Positions 1-11,634 of a DNA stretch of 64,000 nt are shown one piece after another. Position 1 is the stretch's first letter; each line of letters begins with the position of its first letter. The position numbers were made by a program, and so were the translations under genes. Origin of the DNA: Marsupella aquatica (Eukaryota; Plantae; Marchantiophyta); NCBI GenBank assembly GCA_973895155.1, contig OZ316894.1, positions 13,449,580 to 13,513,579 on the forward strand, read 5' to 3'. The notes under the pieces are model-generated. The model had not been told where the DNA came from, made no database searches, and saw only the letters and a list, made by a program, of their open reading frames with translations.

Positions 1-603
1 TCGAGCCACGCTGCCCAGGTTTTTATCCTTGCAACACATCCACGAGAATCAGCGGAAATCTAAACCACCAATCACGGCCTTCCACCGTGATAATCCTGCT
101 AATAAACTAAAACAAAACAACTTGGCAAAACTGGAACCCTCAAGGACCCGGACACCTAATACTACCTAAGCCGACAGGACGCTACTTGCCCTGACCCTAT
201 CCTACAACGGCCGCGCCCTTCTGGCCCAAGCCCTTCTCCTTCTGCCACGTCCTCCCTCCAACCGACGACTGGCCCTCCTTACTTGTCAGATGACAAGGGT
301 AAACCCAAATCTTCCGACTCTGCACCTTCTCCTGCAATCGGCCCCGGCTTGCTCCCTTCGGCTTCCTTGACTTTGGGTTCTGGATTAGCGACATCGGCTT
401 TGGCAGCATCCTCCTGGGAAATGGCTTGGATAGCATTGGCCTTCACTTCCTCAATCCAAGCCTGCTTTCCAATGCGCTCGGTCTTGATCTTCCATGGCTT
501 CACATTCCGGTAGTCCATGGTGGCTGTACCTGTGTCTGAACCTGTTACCGTAGCTCCAAGTTTATCGGCATTACTTATCTCAACCACGGCTGCCTTTGTA
601 GCA
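1..603 (-). mobile_element. Possible fragment of a diverged relative of the ORF-bearing LTR (ORF C-terminus plus downstream sequence)
   Basis: Acidic, low-complexity ORF end (279-587) followed on the minus strand by a G-rich tract, as after the family-1 LTR ORF. gctgcccaggtttttatcct (10-29) resembles gctgcccaggtacttatcct (1301-1320). Similarity is patchy. Confidence 0.3.
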
Positions 604-659
604 TGTCAGACCCTCACTTCTGAGCTAATAAGCCTTATTGTACTAAAAGCTTGCACTTG

Positions 660-3600
660 TGTGGTGCGTCCCATGGCTCCCTAAACCCAAGAAACCCCCC
701 AGCTCAAGCCGATTCCCGCAGGTTTCGTGCTTGGCGAGGCCGTTTCCGCGGCTTAGCGGCATGGGACGCTGCTAACCTTCTACTACTACTATTAACATTT
801 TACACACATATACTGGACAGATCCTTCATCGGGTCATGAGATACGTAGCCGGCCTAATATAGGCCTTCCCCTGTCTTCCCCTGTCTTCCCCTCCGTCTTG
901 TTAGGTATGTTTGGATTCCGCCGCCGGAATGATCCCCAATAGGCTTGGTTAAGCCGCTAAGACCTCTCTCAGCTCGACACATCCAACTCTCACTCCCCTG
1001 CTTACTTTCCTTCCTTCTGTTGATGTGGGCACTCTTCACACAAGTTAATGCGACACACAAATAGCAAAATGACTCATTCTGACTGAGTCATACCATGCAC
1101 TTGCCATACAAACAGTACATCTCATACACAAGTTCTGCGAACTAAGCCGTGAGGCCAACTCTATTCAGCTCTTAGGCATGAGGAAACATGAATATACACA
1201 AGGGTCACTGTATGACTAACCGAGAGCTTCTTGTACTACTTGATCCCAGCCCGGCTGGTGCAAACTAAAAACTTGCTAAAGAAGAGGCCCTGAGCTCCCC
1301 GCTGCCCAGGTACTTATCCTGGTAGTGGATCCGCCATTCTTTGCATCGTAAGCCTAATCTACCTGACAGTAATCTACTTGCCCGAATCTACCTATGTACA
1401 GCAAGGCAGGAGCACAAGTGTTGCTCCTACCAGTGGGACCGCAATCCCACTAAGCTAAGTGTCAGGGCCGCTCCTGGTTCTGATCCTAATCCTAAACGTG
1501 GAGATCCGCGCCCGCCCTGCCCACTCACGCCTCCTCCCTCCACGTCCGCCCTCCCTAAAAGGAACGGCGCCCTTGCACCGTCATGACACCGGTGGTGGAT
1601 CCTCAATGGACGCCCCCAACACTTCCTCCTCAGTCACTGCCGTTGGCCCGCCTACTGACAGATTACCTGCCCTTGACCGAGTCAACTCTCCATCGGCCTG
1701 ACTGGGTCCACCTTCGGCTTCAGCCTCGACACCGGCCTCGGCAATACCCACGGCTTCGGCCTCAGCCACTCCCACGGCTTCGGCTTCAGCCACTCCCACG
1801 GCTTCGGCTTCAGCCACTCCCTCGGCTTCGGCCTCAGCCACTCCCTCGGCTTCGGCCTCAGCCACTCCCACGGCTTCGGCTTCAACCACTCCCTCGGCTT
1901 CGGCCTCCCCTTCCCCTAGGGTAGTTGGATCCTTAGCCGTGACCCTGTCTGGGGTCGGTGCTGGGTCTACCTCCTTGATCACCACGGCCTGTGAAGTCGT
2001 ATTACTCCTTGACCCTGAAGGTTTCCGCTTCTTCTTCGTTGGTGGCTCGGCAGCTGGTCCCTTCCCCTTCCCACTTACGTCCGGCACTGGTGCAGTTGAC
2101 GCGGCTTGTCCTTCGGCAATTACCACCCCTGGTAACTGGTTTGTCCCAACGGGAGATGGACCTGCTGCAGCTAAGCATTTAAATACTGCGGCTTGTTTCT
2201 TCAGCCGCTCTGTTTGGTTGTCGGCCCGCCGCTGTAGGTTCTCCATCTTCCTCGTGATTTCCTCCAACTCCTCTTGGGTTTCATCCAGGTCCTTACGTGC
2301 CCCCTCCAGCTCGTTTTTGGCCTCCTCCTGCTCCCTGTGGGCTTCCTCCAATTCCTTCTTCAAGGTAGCCCTCTCCTCCTGGGTTGCTCTTAGCTCTTTG
2401 TCGAGCTCTGCAATGATGACAGACTCCATCTGGTTCATCTTGGCGTAAGTCTGTTCGAGCATCTCGTCCTTCTCCCTTAGGTCGGCCTTGAAGCTGGCCG
2501 TCAGGGACGCAAGCTCCTGCTGCAGCGCCATAATCCCTTGATAGGATTTCCCTAACTCGACCTCCTTCTGCTCAAGGGCTCCGCGGATTTTCTCGAGCTC
2601 CCCTTTCAACGCCCATTCCTTTCTTTGGGTCTCCGCCATGGCCCGGCTGTTGGCTGTTATGTGGGCCTCCTCTGTATTCTTCAGCTCTTGCTTCCACTTC
2701 TCCCTCTCTTTGATCGTGTCGGCCAACTCTTCCTGCGTCTGAGTCAGTTTATCCTTGATATTCTGATTATCAGCCTGCACGGTGTCCAACTGCCCCTGCA
2801 TGATGTTCAGCTCATGTCGTTTAATCCGTAGTTCATCTTGGGCTTTCTTGGCCGCCCTTAGATCTTCAATCTCGGCTTCCATCCTCCTAAGCCGCCGAAT
2901 GACCTCGTCCTTCTTGCTTCTCTCTAAAGCCACCGCTTCTTCTAATTGGTGCTTCTCCAACTGCTCCCTATGGAAAAAGGGTCCTATCTCCAACTCCTCT
3001 CCAAAGATGTCGAGCGCAAGTTCCCCACACATCTCACCATACTCCATGGCTCTATTCTTAGCGTAGGTGGAGTAAGTAGAAGTGATCGGCATCGCCCATC
3101 GTGGCCTCTGCTCCCAAGCCGTCCTGCGGATCTCTTCAATCGTGGCTAGAGGTTTGCTTCCTTTTTCGGCTAGCCGCCTGATGTCCTCCGGCCAATCTCC
3201 TCCTGGTAAATCCTTTTCCTTAGCCAGGGCGGCCTCTTCCTCCTGCTTGATTCGCTCCTGAAATTCCTGCACCGTCTGTTTTATGCCGTCGAAGCTCGGG
3301 GGAGCAACATCTGGTGGGGGAGACTCAGGGCTACTCTGCTGGTTGGGGTCCCCTCGCACTACCCTTGGAAGTGTGGGGACAAACCGGCCACAGGTCCTTA
3401 CTCCTGGAACGTGATGGTCCGACCCATAGCCGGAATTATCATGGCTGCAGTCCTCCACTGCCTCCTCTACCTCTTGGACGTCCGGCTTCTCCCTCTCCTC
3501 TTCCTCGGTAGGAGCTTCAGGCAATTCTGCCTCAGATTCGGAGCTTGAGGTTCCCACGTACATTCGAACACCTGGCTTGGATTCCGGCCTGATTCTCTTC

Positions 3601-5414
3601 TTGTCTCCAGCAAAGGGGTTTTCTCTTGTGGCCGGTGTAGGCCTACCTCTGTAGTAGTGTCCTGCATTGTTGCCGTTGCCGTTGTTGTTGCCGATGCCGA
3701 TTTCTTTTCTTTCTCCAGTAGTTTCAGCAGACTCTGCATGCCTGGTTGCTGCATCGGCAAGTCTTCCTTCCTGGGCCTAAACACCTGCTCGATCGTAGGA
3801 CTAACAGGTGGTTGAGGCTTCTCAGCCAACGGCCTCGGCGTTGGAGCTTCCTCGGGTGCCCTTACCTGCAGGGGAAGTACCGGGGCAAAAGTCTGTCCTC
3901 TGGCATACCGGCACAACAGCGGCATGTGATAGCCAAGCCGCGACACGCTCCCCATGCCGATTACCTGCTGCTCCTCCTTTAAGATCTTCTTCAATTGGTT
4001 GAGGAGGTACCCGTTGTAGTCCCGGCTTGGGTCTGGCCTTTCTGCCAGATAGACCTGTGCCTTGCCGATCTCTGCCCTCGGCAAGTTACAATGCATGGTC
4101 ACCCGCAAGAAGTCGATCATCTCTCCTATGTGCGGGTTGGTGCAGGTGTTCCGGAAGAAGCCATTCTTCGTTGATGGCCCGGGGAACGACCGGAACTCCT
4201 TGTCAGGCAAGGTCTTCCTGGTATCAACTTTGGTCTTATTGCCTATCGGCAGGCCAAACACTTCGGCAATTACCTTGGGAGTAAGATAGAAATCCTTCCC
4301 ATATATCCTCGTGCAATTGGTCTCGGGTTCCCATGACCCCACGAATTCTAATAGGTCTGACTCCGGTACCTCCGGCTTCAGCCATGGTAATCTTACAAAG
4401 GCCTCCAAGCCGGATCCGGCCATGAAGCCTTGGTACTTCTTGGTCTGCATGGCCGTAAAGCATGCATCCTCCTCCCGTGCAAAATGTAGTTGCACCTCCA
4501 CCGGTAGGGTTGCCGCCCAGCCCTTCCAGGTGTCATCCCTGGTTGGAATGGCCTTGATGGGATCGACCTCCTCCTCTTCGGCTTCTCCCTGCCTCCTGCT
4601 CTGCTGCTCGGCTGGCTTCTTTGGTGCCGCCGACCTCGTTCTTTTTGCCGGGGTGGCTTCATCGTTGACGGCTCCCTTCCTTTTCATCTCTGCTGCCGTG
4701 GAGGTTTCTCCTAGCACCGTTGCCCGGGTCCACCTTTCCGTGCTACCCTTTAATTCCCAGTGTATGTCGTTGCAGTTCTTGATGGCCTCTCGGATGCCGA
4801 CGACGCTGTCTTTGCAAAACAGAAGATCGTCGAGTTGATTGGAAGTAGGCGTCCACAGGAACTCGTCCTTGATGAGTTCGCCTCCTAAGAAAGCCATCTT
4901 CTGCAGCTCCCACAATCGAGCGAACTCCTGCCATTCTCGAGCTGCCCTTTCTGACTCCTCGTCCTCGTAAGTCTTGATGTACTCAGTTGCCCGTTCGAAC
5001 AGGCATCCCCAGAAATGTGCCGCTTGATTGACGTTGCTCATACCCTCCTTAGGTCGATCGTCGGTATCTACTCTCTCCCCGAGTGCTTGCCTAAGCAGCT
5101 GACAGTAGTTGGCCTCCCGTAGTCGTCTGCCTAGTTCGTGCTCGCAAATGAGCCACCATCTCCTGCAAGCGCTCCTTACCCCTCTCCTCTGCCGGTCCTT
5201 CTTCCCGTTGATCCTTCCTAGCCGCCGACGCTTAACACGCCCTAACCCTAATCGGGTTTTCACCCTCAGCCTTACCTCCGGCCTCTGCCCGGGTTCCATG
5301 GTTGCCCCTAATTGTTTATATTTTCCTTGTTTTGTCACTATACTAAGGTGTTCCTAGGGTGCCTTCCTGCTTTACCCACTTAACCGGCCGAGTGATTCCT
5401 GTCTAGGCATCACA
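660..5414 (-). repeat. 3' LTR of element A (4755 bp)
   Basis: Begins TGTGATGCC (minus) right after the PPT and ends ...GCACCACA at the TSD; direct repeat of 11639-16387 with roughly 20 differences seen by eye. Confidence 0.95.
1581..5338 (-). pseudogene. LTR-encoded ORF, 3' LTR copy, split by a 1-bp deletion at ~3630
   Basis: ORFs 3467-5338 and 1581-3563 together match the 1252-aa ORF of the 5' LTR; cttgtg|gccgg here versus cttgtgagccgg at ~14602. Confidence 0.9.
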
Positions 5415-8400
5415 TAGCTCCCCACTTAATTGTGAAGCGTCCTCGCGAACAACTTCATCTTCGTCCATATAGTATTTCTTGAGGCGGTCATAATGGATGC
5501 AAACTGGATATACCTCCCCCGTAATGTTGGCCAATTGTACGGAGCCATTGGGGAACATCATGGTTACTCTAAAGGGTCCTAACCAGCGAGTGTAAAGCTT
5601 TCCTGGGAACCTACTATACCTACTGTCATAAAGTAGCACAAGATCACCGGTATGAATACTAACTACTTTTAACCTTTTATCATACTGCTGCTTCATGATA
5701 TTCTATCTATATTCTACTCTCTCGGCTGAAATCATTCTCGCTTCCTCTAAAGCTTCTAACCTATATTCTCGCTCCTTTAGGCTCTCCTCCGCTGAGGCTC
5801 TTTCCTCAATTGTAACTTGAAATGTCGGTATCTCAAGTTGCATGGGTACCAGGGCTTCTTGTCCAAAGGTTAAGAAGAAGGGTGTATGACCAATAGTGGA
5901 TTTATAGGCAAGATTGTAAGCAAAAATAGCAGCAAACAATTTATCATCCCAATCGAGTTTGTTCTGAGCTACTGTCTTGTTCAATATATTTCCTATGATT
6001 CCGTTTGCTCGTTCTGTCAACCCGTTTGCCTTTGGATGGTAGGGAGTAGTAGGCCTATGTTTAACTAAATACTGCTCATTTAAACGACTAATTATATCAT
6101 TCAAAAAATGGGTTCCTCTATCACTAACTAATTCTAGGGGTGCTCCATACCTGGTGAAGATCTGCTCATACATGAATCTAGCCGTAGTAATTGCATCATC
6201 CTTCGTTGTTGGTCTGGCCTCTACCCATTTAGTTGCATAATCCGTAGCCAGGATTATGTACTTGTTCCGTCGAGGGTGGGTCAGTGGTTTCAGAGGTCCA
6301 ATGTAATCAATACCCCACTTCTCGAATGGTGCCAGAGGTAGAATAGGGTGCAGTGGATGCCTGGTGGACGCCCTTGGTCCTCCCGCTCGTTGACAAGGAT
6401 CGCATTGTTTGATAAACTGATAGACATCTTTGTGCAAGGTGGGCCACCAGTAACCGGCATTTAATATCTTCTTAGACGTGGTTACTGGGGCAAAATGTCC
6501 TCCGGCCTCCTCTCCATGCATGGCCCGTAGGACTCGTTTTACCTCTCTCTTTTCCAAACACCTTTGAATCGTGCCGTTGATTCCATGCTTGTGCAGTATG
6601 CCTTTAATGCACTGATACTGTCTGACCTTCCGCACAAAGACTGCGGCTTGCTCTCGGCTTAATCCTGGCTGTAATCTGGAAGTGCTGAGAAATTGTAAAA
6701 TCTCAGGGTACCATGTACCAGCTATTTCCACAACGAATAGCTCCTCGTCGGGGAATCGATCATCGATGCAATCCGTGGCAGGTTTACCTGTGATCCTTGA
6801 AAAGAAGTCGGCATTGGCATGTAACTTTCCCGGCTTGATCCTCAGCTCATAGTCAAACTCCTGTAATAGCAAAATCCATCTTGCTACTCTGCCTGTAAGG
6901 TCCGGCTTATTGACTAGGTACTTCAAACTTTCATGATCAGTATGAAAGATTACCTTGTACCCTAGTAAATAATGCCTAAACTTTTTACAAGAATAAATGA
7001 CTCCTAATGCTTCTCTTTCCGTGGTAGAGTAGTTTCGTTCGGCATCGGCAAGCTGACGGCTTGCGAAGTATATGGGATGGTCCCTTCCTTTCTCATCCAA
7101 CTGACTTAGTACTGAGCCAATACAGAAGCCCGAGACATCTACAAAAACATGAAAATCTTTGTTCCAGTCCGGTGCTATCATGACTGGGGCCTCTACTAAC
7201 ATCTGCTTCAATTCTACCACCGCTGTGACTCGTTCGGGTGTGGGTTCGAAGTCTGCTCCTGCCTTGAGCATATTGGTTAATGGTAAAGCCAGCTTGGCAA
7301 AATCCTTGATGAACCGGCGATAGTAACCAATGCATCCCAAGAAGGATCTTACATCCTTTATGTTCTTAGGTTGCATGATATCTAGCCATACTGCTAGCTT
7401 ACCTTTGTCAATCTCAATGCCCTTCCTTGATACCTTGTGACCTAGTAGCACCCCCTCGGTTACTGCAAAAAAACATTTATCTGGGTGTAACTTGAGACCC
7501 ACCTCTCTACATCTCATGAAGGTTTTCCTGAGGTATTTAGCATGTTTCGATGCCTTCCCGAATACTGCAAAGTCATCAATGAAGATTTCCATGAACTTTC
7601 TCAAGTAATCATGAAAAATGTTCACCATTAATCGTTGGAACATAGCTGGTGCGTTGCAGAGTCCAAACGGCATACGATTGAAGACATAGATCCCCCATTC
7701 CGTGATGAAGGCCGTCTTGATTTGGTCTTCTTGCCGAATCCTGATTTGGTTATAACCAGAGTATCCATCCATGAATGAATATAGTTCATGACTGGCTACC
7801 ATGTCTAGTACCATATCAGTAAACGGTAAAGGAAAATGGTCTTTTAATGTTGCTTCATTCAGCTTCCTGTAATCCTGACAAACCCGGATCTTGGGTTTAC
7901 CATCGGGTCCAGCTTTCTTGGGAACTATCACAATTGGAGACACCCAGTCTGAATGCAGGACTGGAGTGATGAATCCAGCTTCCACTAGTTTGTCGATTTC
8001 TGTTTTGACCAACAGGGAATACTTCGGGTTCATCCTTCGAATTGGTTGTCGAAATGATTTGGCTCCTAACATGAGATCAATTCGATGTTCCCCTAGTGTT
8101 GGATCTACTCCCTTTAGATCTTGGTGACTCCATGCAAACACATCCTGAAATTCAATCAATAAGTCACTGATCTCTTTCTCGAGCTCAGGTGCTAGGTTTC
8201 TCCCTAAGTTCAGTTCTCTTCCCTCTCCTAAGTCGAGCTTCCGATATTGCCGTGCTTGGATCATATTAATCTGCTTCTTCAAATTCGGGTCCAGTTCGGC
8301 TTCCAGTCTCTCTAATCTCATACCTCCATAAACTGGGATCTCGGCTGGACTAGCCGAGTCGGTCCCTTCCTTGGTGTCCATAGATTGTCCCCTTACTGGT

Positions 8401-8669
8401 CTATTCGGTTTTGAATTAGTGGTCGGCTCCCCTTCCTGCCTTGGCTCTAGATCGTGTATGTCCATCTCATCCACCTCTTGCTCCTGAGAGTTAGGCCGCT
8501 GTGCTCTCTCGGCTTCTAATAGGGCCTCAATTTGTTCTGCCCTCGTAATCGGCTTGTATGCCGATCCCTTGGTATTTAATTCCTTGCCGATGATCGATGG
8601 CGTTGTGGACCCCGTCGGCTCTGCCACAACGCCTGCAGAAAATCCACTGTCCCTGCTACTGCTCCCCAC
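5403..8669 (-). CDS. pol: pol (RT, RNase H, integrase with GPF tail) of element A; one in-frame TAG at 5703-5705
   Basis: RT motifs DHFPLPF, DGYSGYNQI, MPFGLCNAPAMFQR, FIDDF; RH FVDVS, NYSTTEREALG, TDH; INT HHCC and WGIDY, VSDRGTHF, NGLTER; ORF 5403-5696 (KLYTRWLGPFRV) is in the same frame; element B has CAG at the stop position. Confidence 0.93.
5415..5427 (-). promoter_or_regulatory. Polypurine tract (AAGTGGGGAGCTA) of element A, inside the last integrase codons
   Basis: Purine-rich tract directly before the 3' LTR TG; identical in element B (37114-37126). Confidence 0.8.
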
Positions 8670-11377
8670 TTAGCCGTTTCATCCAATTGGTCTACATCCT
8701 TTACTTCCTCCGGAATTGCAGCTAAAAAGGTGGATTCTATTGTAAAGCAGTCCTCGACCTCTTCGTCTTCTTCTTCCAAGTCACCTTCCATTGGTTCTTG
8801 CCATAATCCGCTGGGGGGTACCTCTGGTCCAAAGACACCTTCTTCGGTTAGGTTAGTGAGGCATTCTAACCAACGTACTTCATCGGCTGACTCCAGTCCA
8901 CTGTCGTACCCATCTACTTCCCTTATGCTTTTCCTACGGTCATCCTTAGTGTCCCAGGATACCGTGATAGAGGGGGTCCCGAAAGTGAACTGCTTTTTAC
9001 CCCAATCTTCTATTACCTCGGCTAGGTACAGCCATGGCCTACCAATCAATAGCCGGAATGACGTAGGATTTACCGGCTTCATTACTACATAGTTAATGCT
9101 AAAGAAGATACCTCCTATCTCTGTCTTGATGCCGGTTAACACTCCCGTCGGAACGACCTGATATCCATTGGCCATGTTCAACACTCTTCCAGTCATCTCC
9201 GGTGTTAGACCCCACCCTTTTGCTGTTGAATCAATCATAATACATACCCCTGATCCTCCATCGATGGGTACCCGTAGTAATAATTCTCCTTGAATCATTA
9301 ATGGTAATGCTGGGGCTCCTTGATCTTCTTCTATCATTAGTACGTCAGATCTGGTTGCTACCTTGGGTAATCTCGGCTTGCCGAGAATAGCCTTCCTTAA
9401 TTGCTTCCGGAAGTACGGGCTATTTTTCAATAGTTGACCTACTGTTGCCGAGACTCTAGATTCTAGTACATCTTTAGCCAGGTCATAGGGAACAATCGGC
9501 TTCTCTTCTGGTGGTGTTTCCGTCTTGGATTCGGCCAGTTTTGCCACGCTAGTCTCCACAGTTGTTGGGTCTTCCGAAGCAAACAATGCTTTTGCTCGTT
9601 TTACATCCTTGGCAATGGCTTCGGTATTCTCCAGGGTTTCTAATTCTCTTAGTTGTTCCTTAACACTAGCCGTAACAAAGGGGTAGAACAACTTAGGATG
9701 ATCTCGATTGAAGTCGCTATCTTGTGAAGGATTGGTTTCACTGGTGGGCTCATGGCTTACCTGTATTGCCGGAGCCCTCCCTTCTCCTTCTGTTGATGTT
9801 GACGAAGAGTCGATCCTTTCCTCCGTAACCTTCCCTTTATTTTTGGCCAGCCCATCCCACCTTTCCTTCCTTCTGGTAGATCGAGTAGAGACCCGGTAGC
9901 AATCATGATCTAAATCCTCCTCTGAGAAGGTTGATAGGGCTTCGGCCTCATCATCAGATGGTACGAACTCTGCCTCGGCATCCTCTTGCCATCCTAGTTC
10001 GATCTGGTTGATTTGAACTCCTCCGGGGGTAGTACCTGGCGGTAAGATCTTGATCGGCAAAAGCTTATGATTTGCGGCCAGGCCTGCCAACCAAGTAGGA
10101 CATTGCCCTAGCATATGACCTTCCTGTCGGCATCCCATACATAGCTGAGCTGGTTGTCCATCACCCTGTTTGCGTGCATTCAGGCATTCTCTAGCAAAAT
10201 GGCCAGGTTGACCACAATTATAGCACGCCGCAAATCTTTGCACATTCGGCCTAGGAGGTACTGACGGGTTCTGAATAATCCGAGGATACATCTCTCCTGG
10301 ATTGTTCCTTAACCCTGACCACAGAGATGCAGGTCTGTTGGATAGGTCTCGTGCTCCAGTCTCACTGATGCCGAAAACACTATCAGCGGCATCTCCCAAA
10401 AAGTACTCTACTTCTCCCTGACATGGTCTGATCTCGGCCACATGCCGAACATGATTAGTATTAAGCTTAGGACACGCATCTTTATGGTGTCCGGTTTTAT
10501 AACATAAGGCACACCATACAGAGCTATCCTCCTGTACTACCTTCTTCTTTGGTTTTACCTCTGCAATGATAGCCTTAAGTTGCTCGGTAAGGGCTACGAT
10601 GTTATCTGGTGGCTTAGCCTCCATCTTGACTTTCGTCTTCCCTCTCCTTCTGCCCTTCCTTTTCCTAGTTTTTTCTTCTTCAGAACTAGAAGATGACTCA
10701 CTCTTGCTACTCCCACTATCCGAGCTTGACTTATCACTTCTAGACTTCTTGGAATGTTTCTTCTTCTTATCTTTTTTCTTATGGGGTGATCCCTCCTCTG
10801 ATGAGGAACTCTCAGACTTAAGCTGTTTCTTCCGGCTTGTGATATCTGCATTAATGTATAATTGAATATCCTTAATTGCTTCGGCTAAAGTCTCCGGGTT
10901 CTCCTTCCTAATTGCAAAACTCATCTTCTGTGGCAAAGCATTCACCAACCATTGAAGTTGCATACCTTCAGATGCATTGGTCTTTGTACGTCTTACCAGT
11001 TTCTGAAAGCATTGCAAGAACTTCCTGAAGGATTTGTTCTCCTTGAACCGAAGTTGTCCCAACTTCAGCACTGCTAGTTCTGAAGTTCCAATGGGTCGAA
11101 ACTCCTTAACAAAGAGCGTTTTGAAGATATCCCAGATGGCTTGATCTTCCACATCTAATGCTCTGTACCAAGGCCTAGCCTCACCCTTGAACAGGCCGGG
11201 AAGAATCTGCATCTTGATGGCCGATTCTCCATTTGCTGCAGCGGTTCCCTCGAAATCATCCAACCATTCGTCCAGATCCTCATCTCCTCTCCCATGAAAT
11301 GCCTTGTAATGTATGCGCGACCGCTGGCTCAATCTGGTCCCTGGCCTCTCGTCTGGCCGTGCCTCTGGTTCCCCCAT
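8576..11377 (-). CDS. gag: gag-protease ORF of element A (933 aa)
   Basis: Retrotransposon gag core (FHGRGDEDLDEWL...GEARPWY); three CCHC knuckles (CALCYKTGHHKDAC, CYNCGQPGHFAREC, CMGCRQEGHMLGQC); aspartic protease IDGGS and LLIGRPWL. Confidence 0.93.
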   Translation of the reverse strand: MGEPEARPDERPGTRLSQRSRIHYKAFHGRGDEDLDEWLDDFEGTAAANGESAIKMQILPGLFKGEARPWYRALDVEDQAIWDIFKTLFVKEFRPIGTSELAVLKLGQLRFKENKSFRKFLQCFQKLVRRTKTNASEGMQLQWLVNALPQKMSFAIRKENPETLAEAIKDIQLYINADITSRKKQLKSESSSSEEGSPHKKKDKKKKHSKKSRSDKSSSDSGSSKSESSSSSEEEKTRKRKGRRRGKTKVKMEAKPPDNIVALTEQLKAIIAEVKPKKKVVQEDSSVWCALCYKTGHHKDACPKLNTNHVRHVAEIRPCQGEVEYFLGDAADSVFGISETGARDLSNRPASLWSGLRNNPGEMYPRIIQNPSVPPRPNVQRFAACYNCGQPGHFARECLNARKQGDGQPAQLCMGCRQEGHMLGQCPTWLAGLAANHKLLPIKILPPGTTPGGVQINQIELGWQEDAEAEFVPSDDEAEALSTFSEEDLDHDCYRVSTRSTRRKERWDGLAKNKGKVTEERIDSSSTSTEGEGRAPAIQVSHEPTSETNPSQDSDFNRDHPKLFYPFVTASVKEQLRELETLENTEAIAKDVKRAKALFASEDPTTVETSVAKLAESKTETPPEEKPIVPYDLAKDVLESRVSATVGQLLKNSPYFRKQLRKAILGKPRLPKVATRSDVLMIEEDQGAPALPLMIQGELLLRVPIDGGSGVCIMIDSTAKGWGLTPEMTGRVLNMANGYQVVPTGVLTGIKTEIGGIFFSINYVVMKPVNPTSFRLLIGRPWLYLAEVIEDWGKKQFTFGTPSITVSWDTKDDRRKSIREVDGYDSGLESADEVRWLECLTNLTEEGVFGPEVPPSGLWQEPMEGDLEEEDEEVEDCFTIESTFLAAIPEEVKDVDQLDETAKWGAVAGTVDFLQALWQSRRGPQRHRSSARN
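8586..8645 (-). promoter_or_regulatory. Predicted -1 ribosomal frameshift signal (G GAT TTT plus pseudoknot) between PR and RT
   Basis: Heptamer at 8639-8645 in the gag frame; 5-nt spacer; 10-bp stem GGCGTTGTGG/CCACAACGCC; loop GCCGA complementary to downstream TCGGC; pol is in the -1 frame; conserved in element B. Confidence 0.8.
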
Positions 11378-11615
11378 GTCGGTTGGAGACTCACTTCTCC
11401 TTACCGACTATTCTTCGGGTATGTCTTCTTCGATGCCACTTCCAGTTTCGGAGCTACCAGCTCTTTCTGCCCCTCTCAGTCGCTGTGTATCATGCCACCC
11501 GGCGAGCTGCTGCAGTCGAGCTCTCTCCCGTTGAATCACTCTTTCTTCCCTCGGCGTAAGGTCAGTCATTACCTACGCTTCCGTTCTAACTTCATATCTC
11601 ACGGCTTAAGAAATG

Positions 11616-11634
11616 CCCCCTCCATCTAGCGCCA
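11616..11634 (-). promoter_or_regulatory. Primer binding site TGGCGCTAGATGGAGGGGG, probably tRNA-Asn
   Basis: 4 nt after the 5' LTR end; near match to the reverse complement of the plant tRNA-Asn(GTT) 3' end (...CCCCTCCTTCTAGCGCCA, recalled from memory). Confidence 0.8.

Noticed and set aside
1939-4838. Plus-strand ORFs of 100-175 aa opposite the LTR ORF (and equivalents in other copies)
   Set aside because: Antisense shadows of a codon-biased coding frame with no independent motifs
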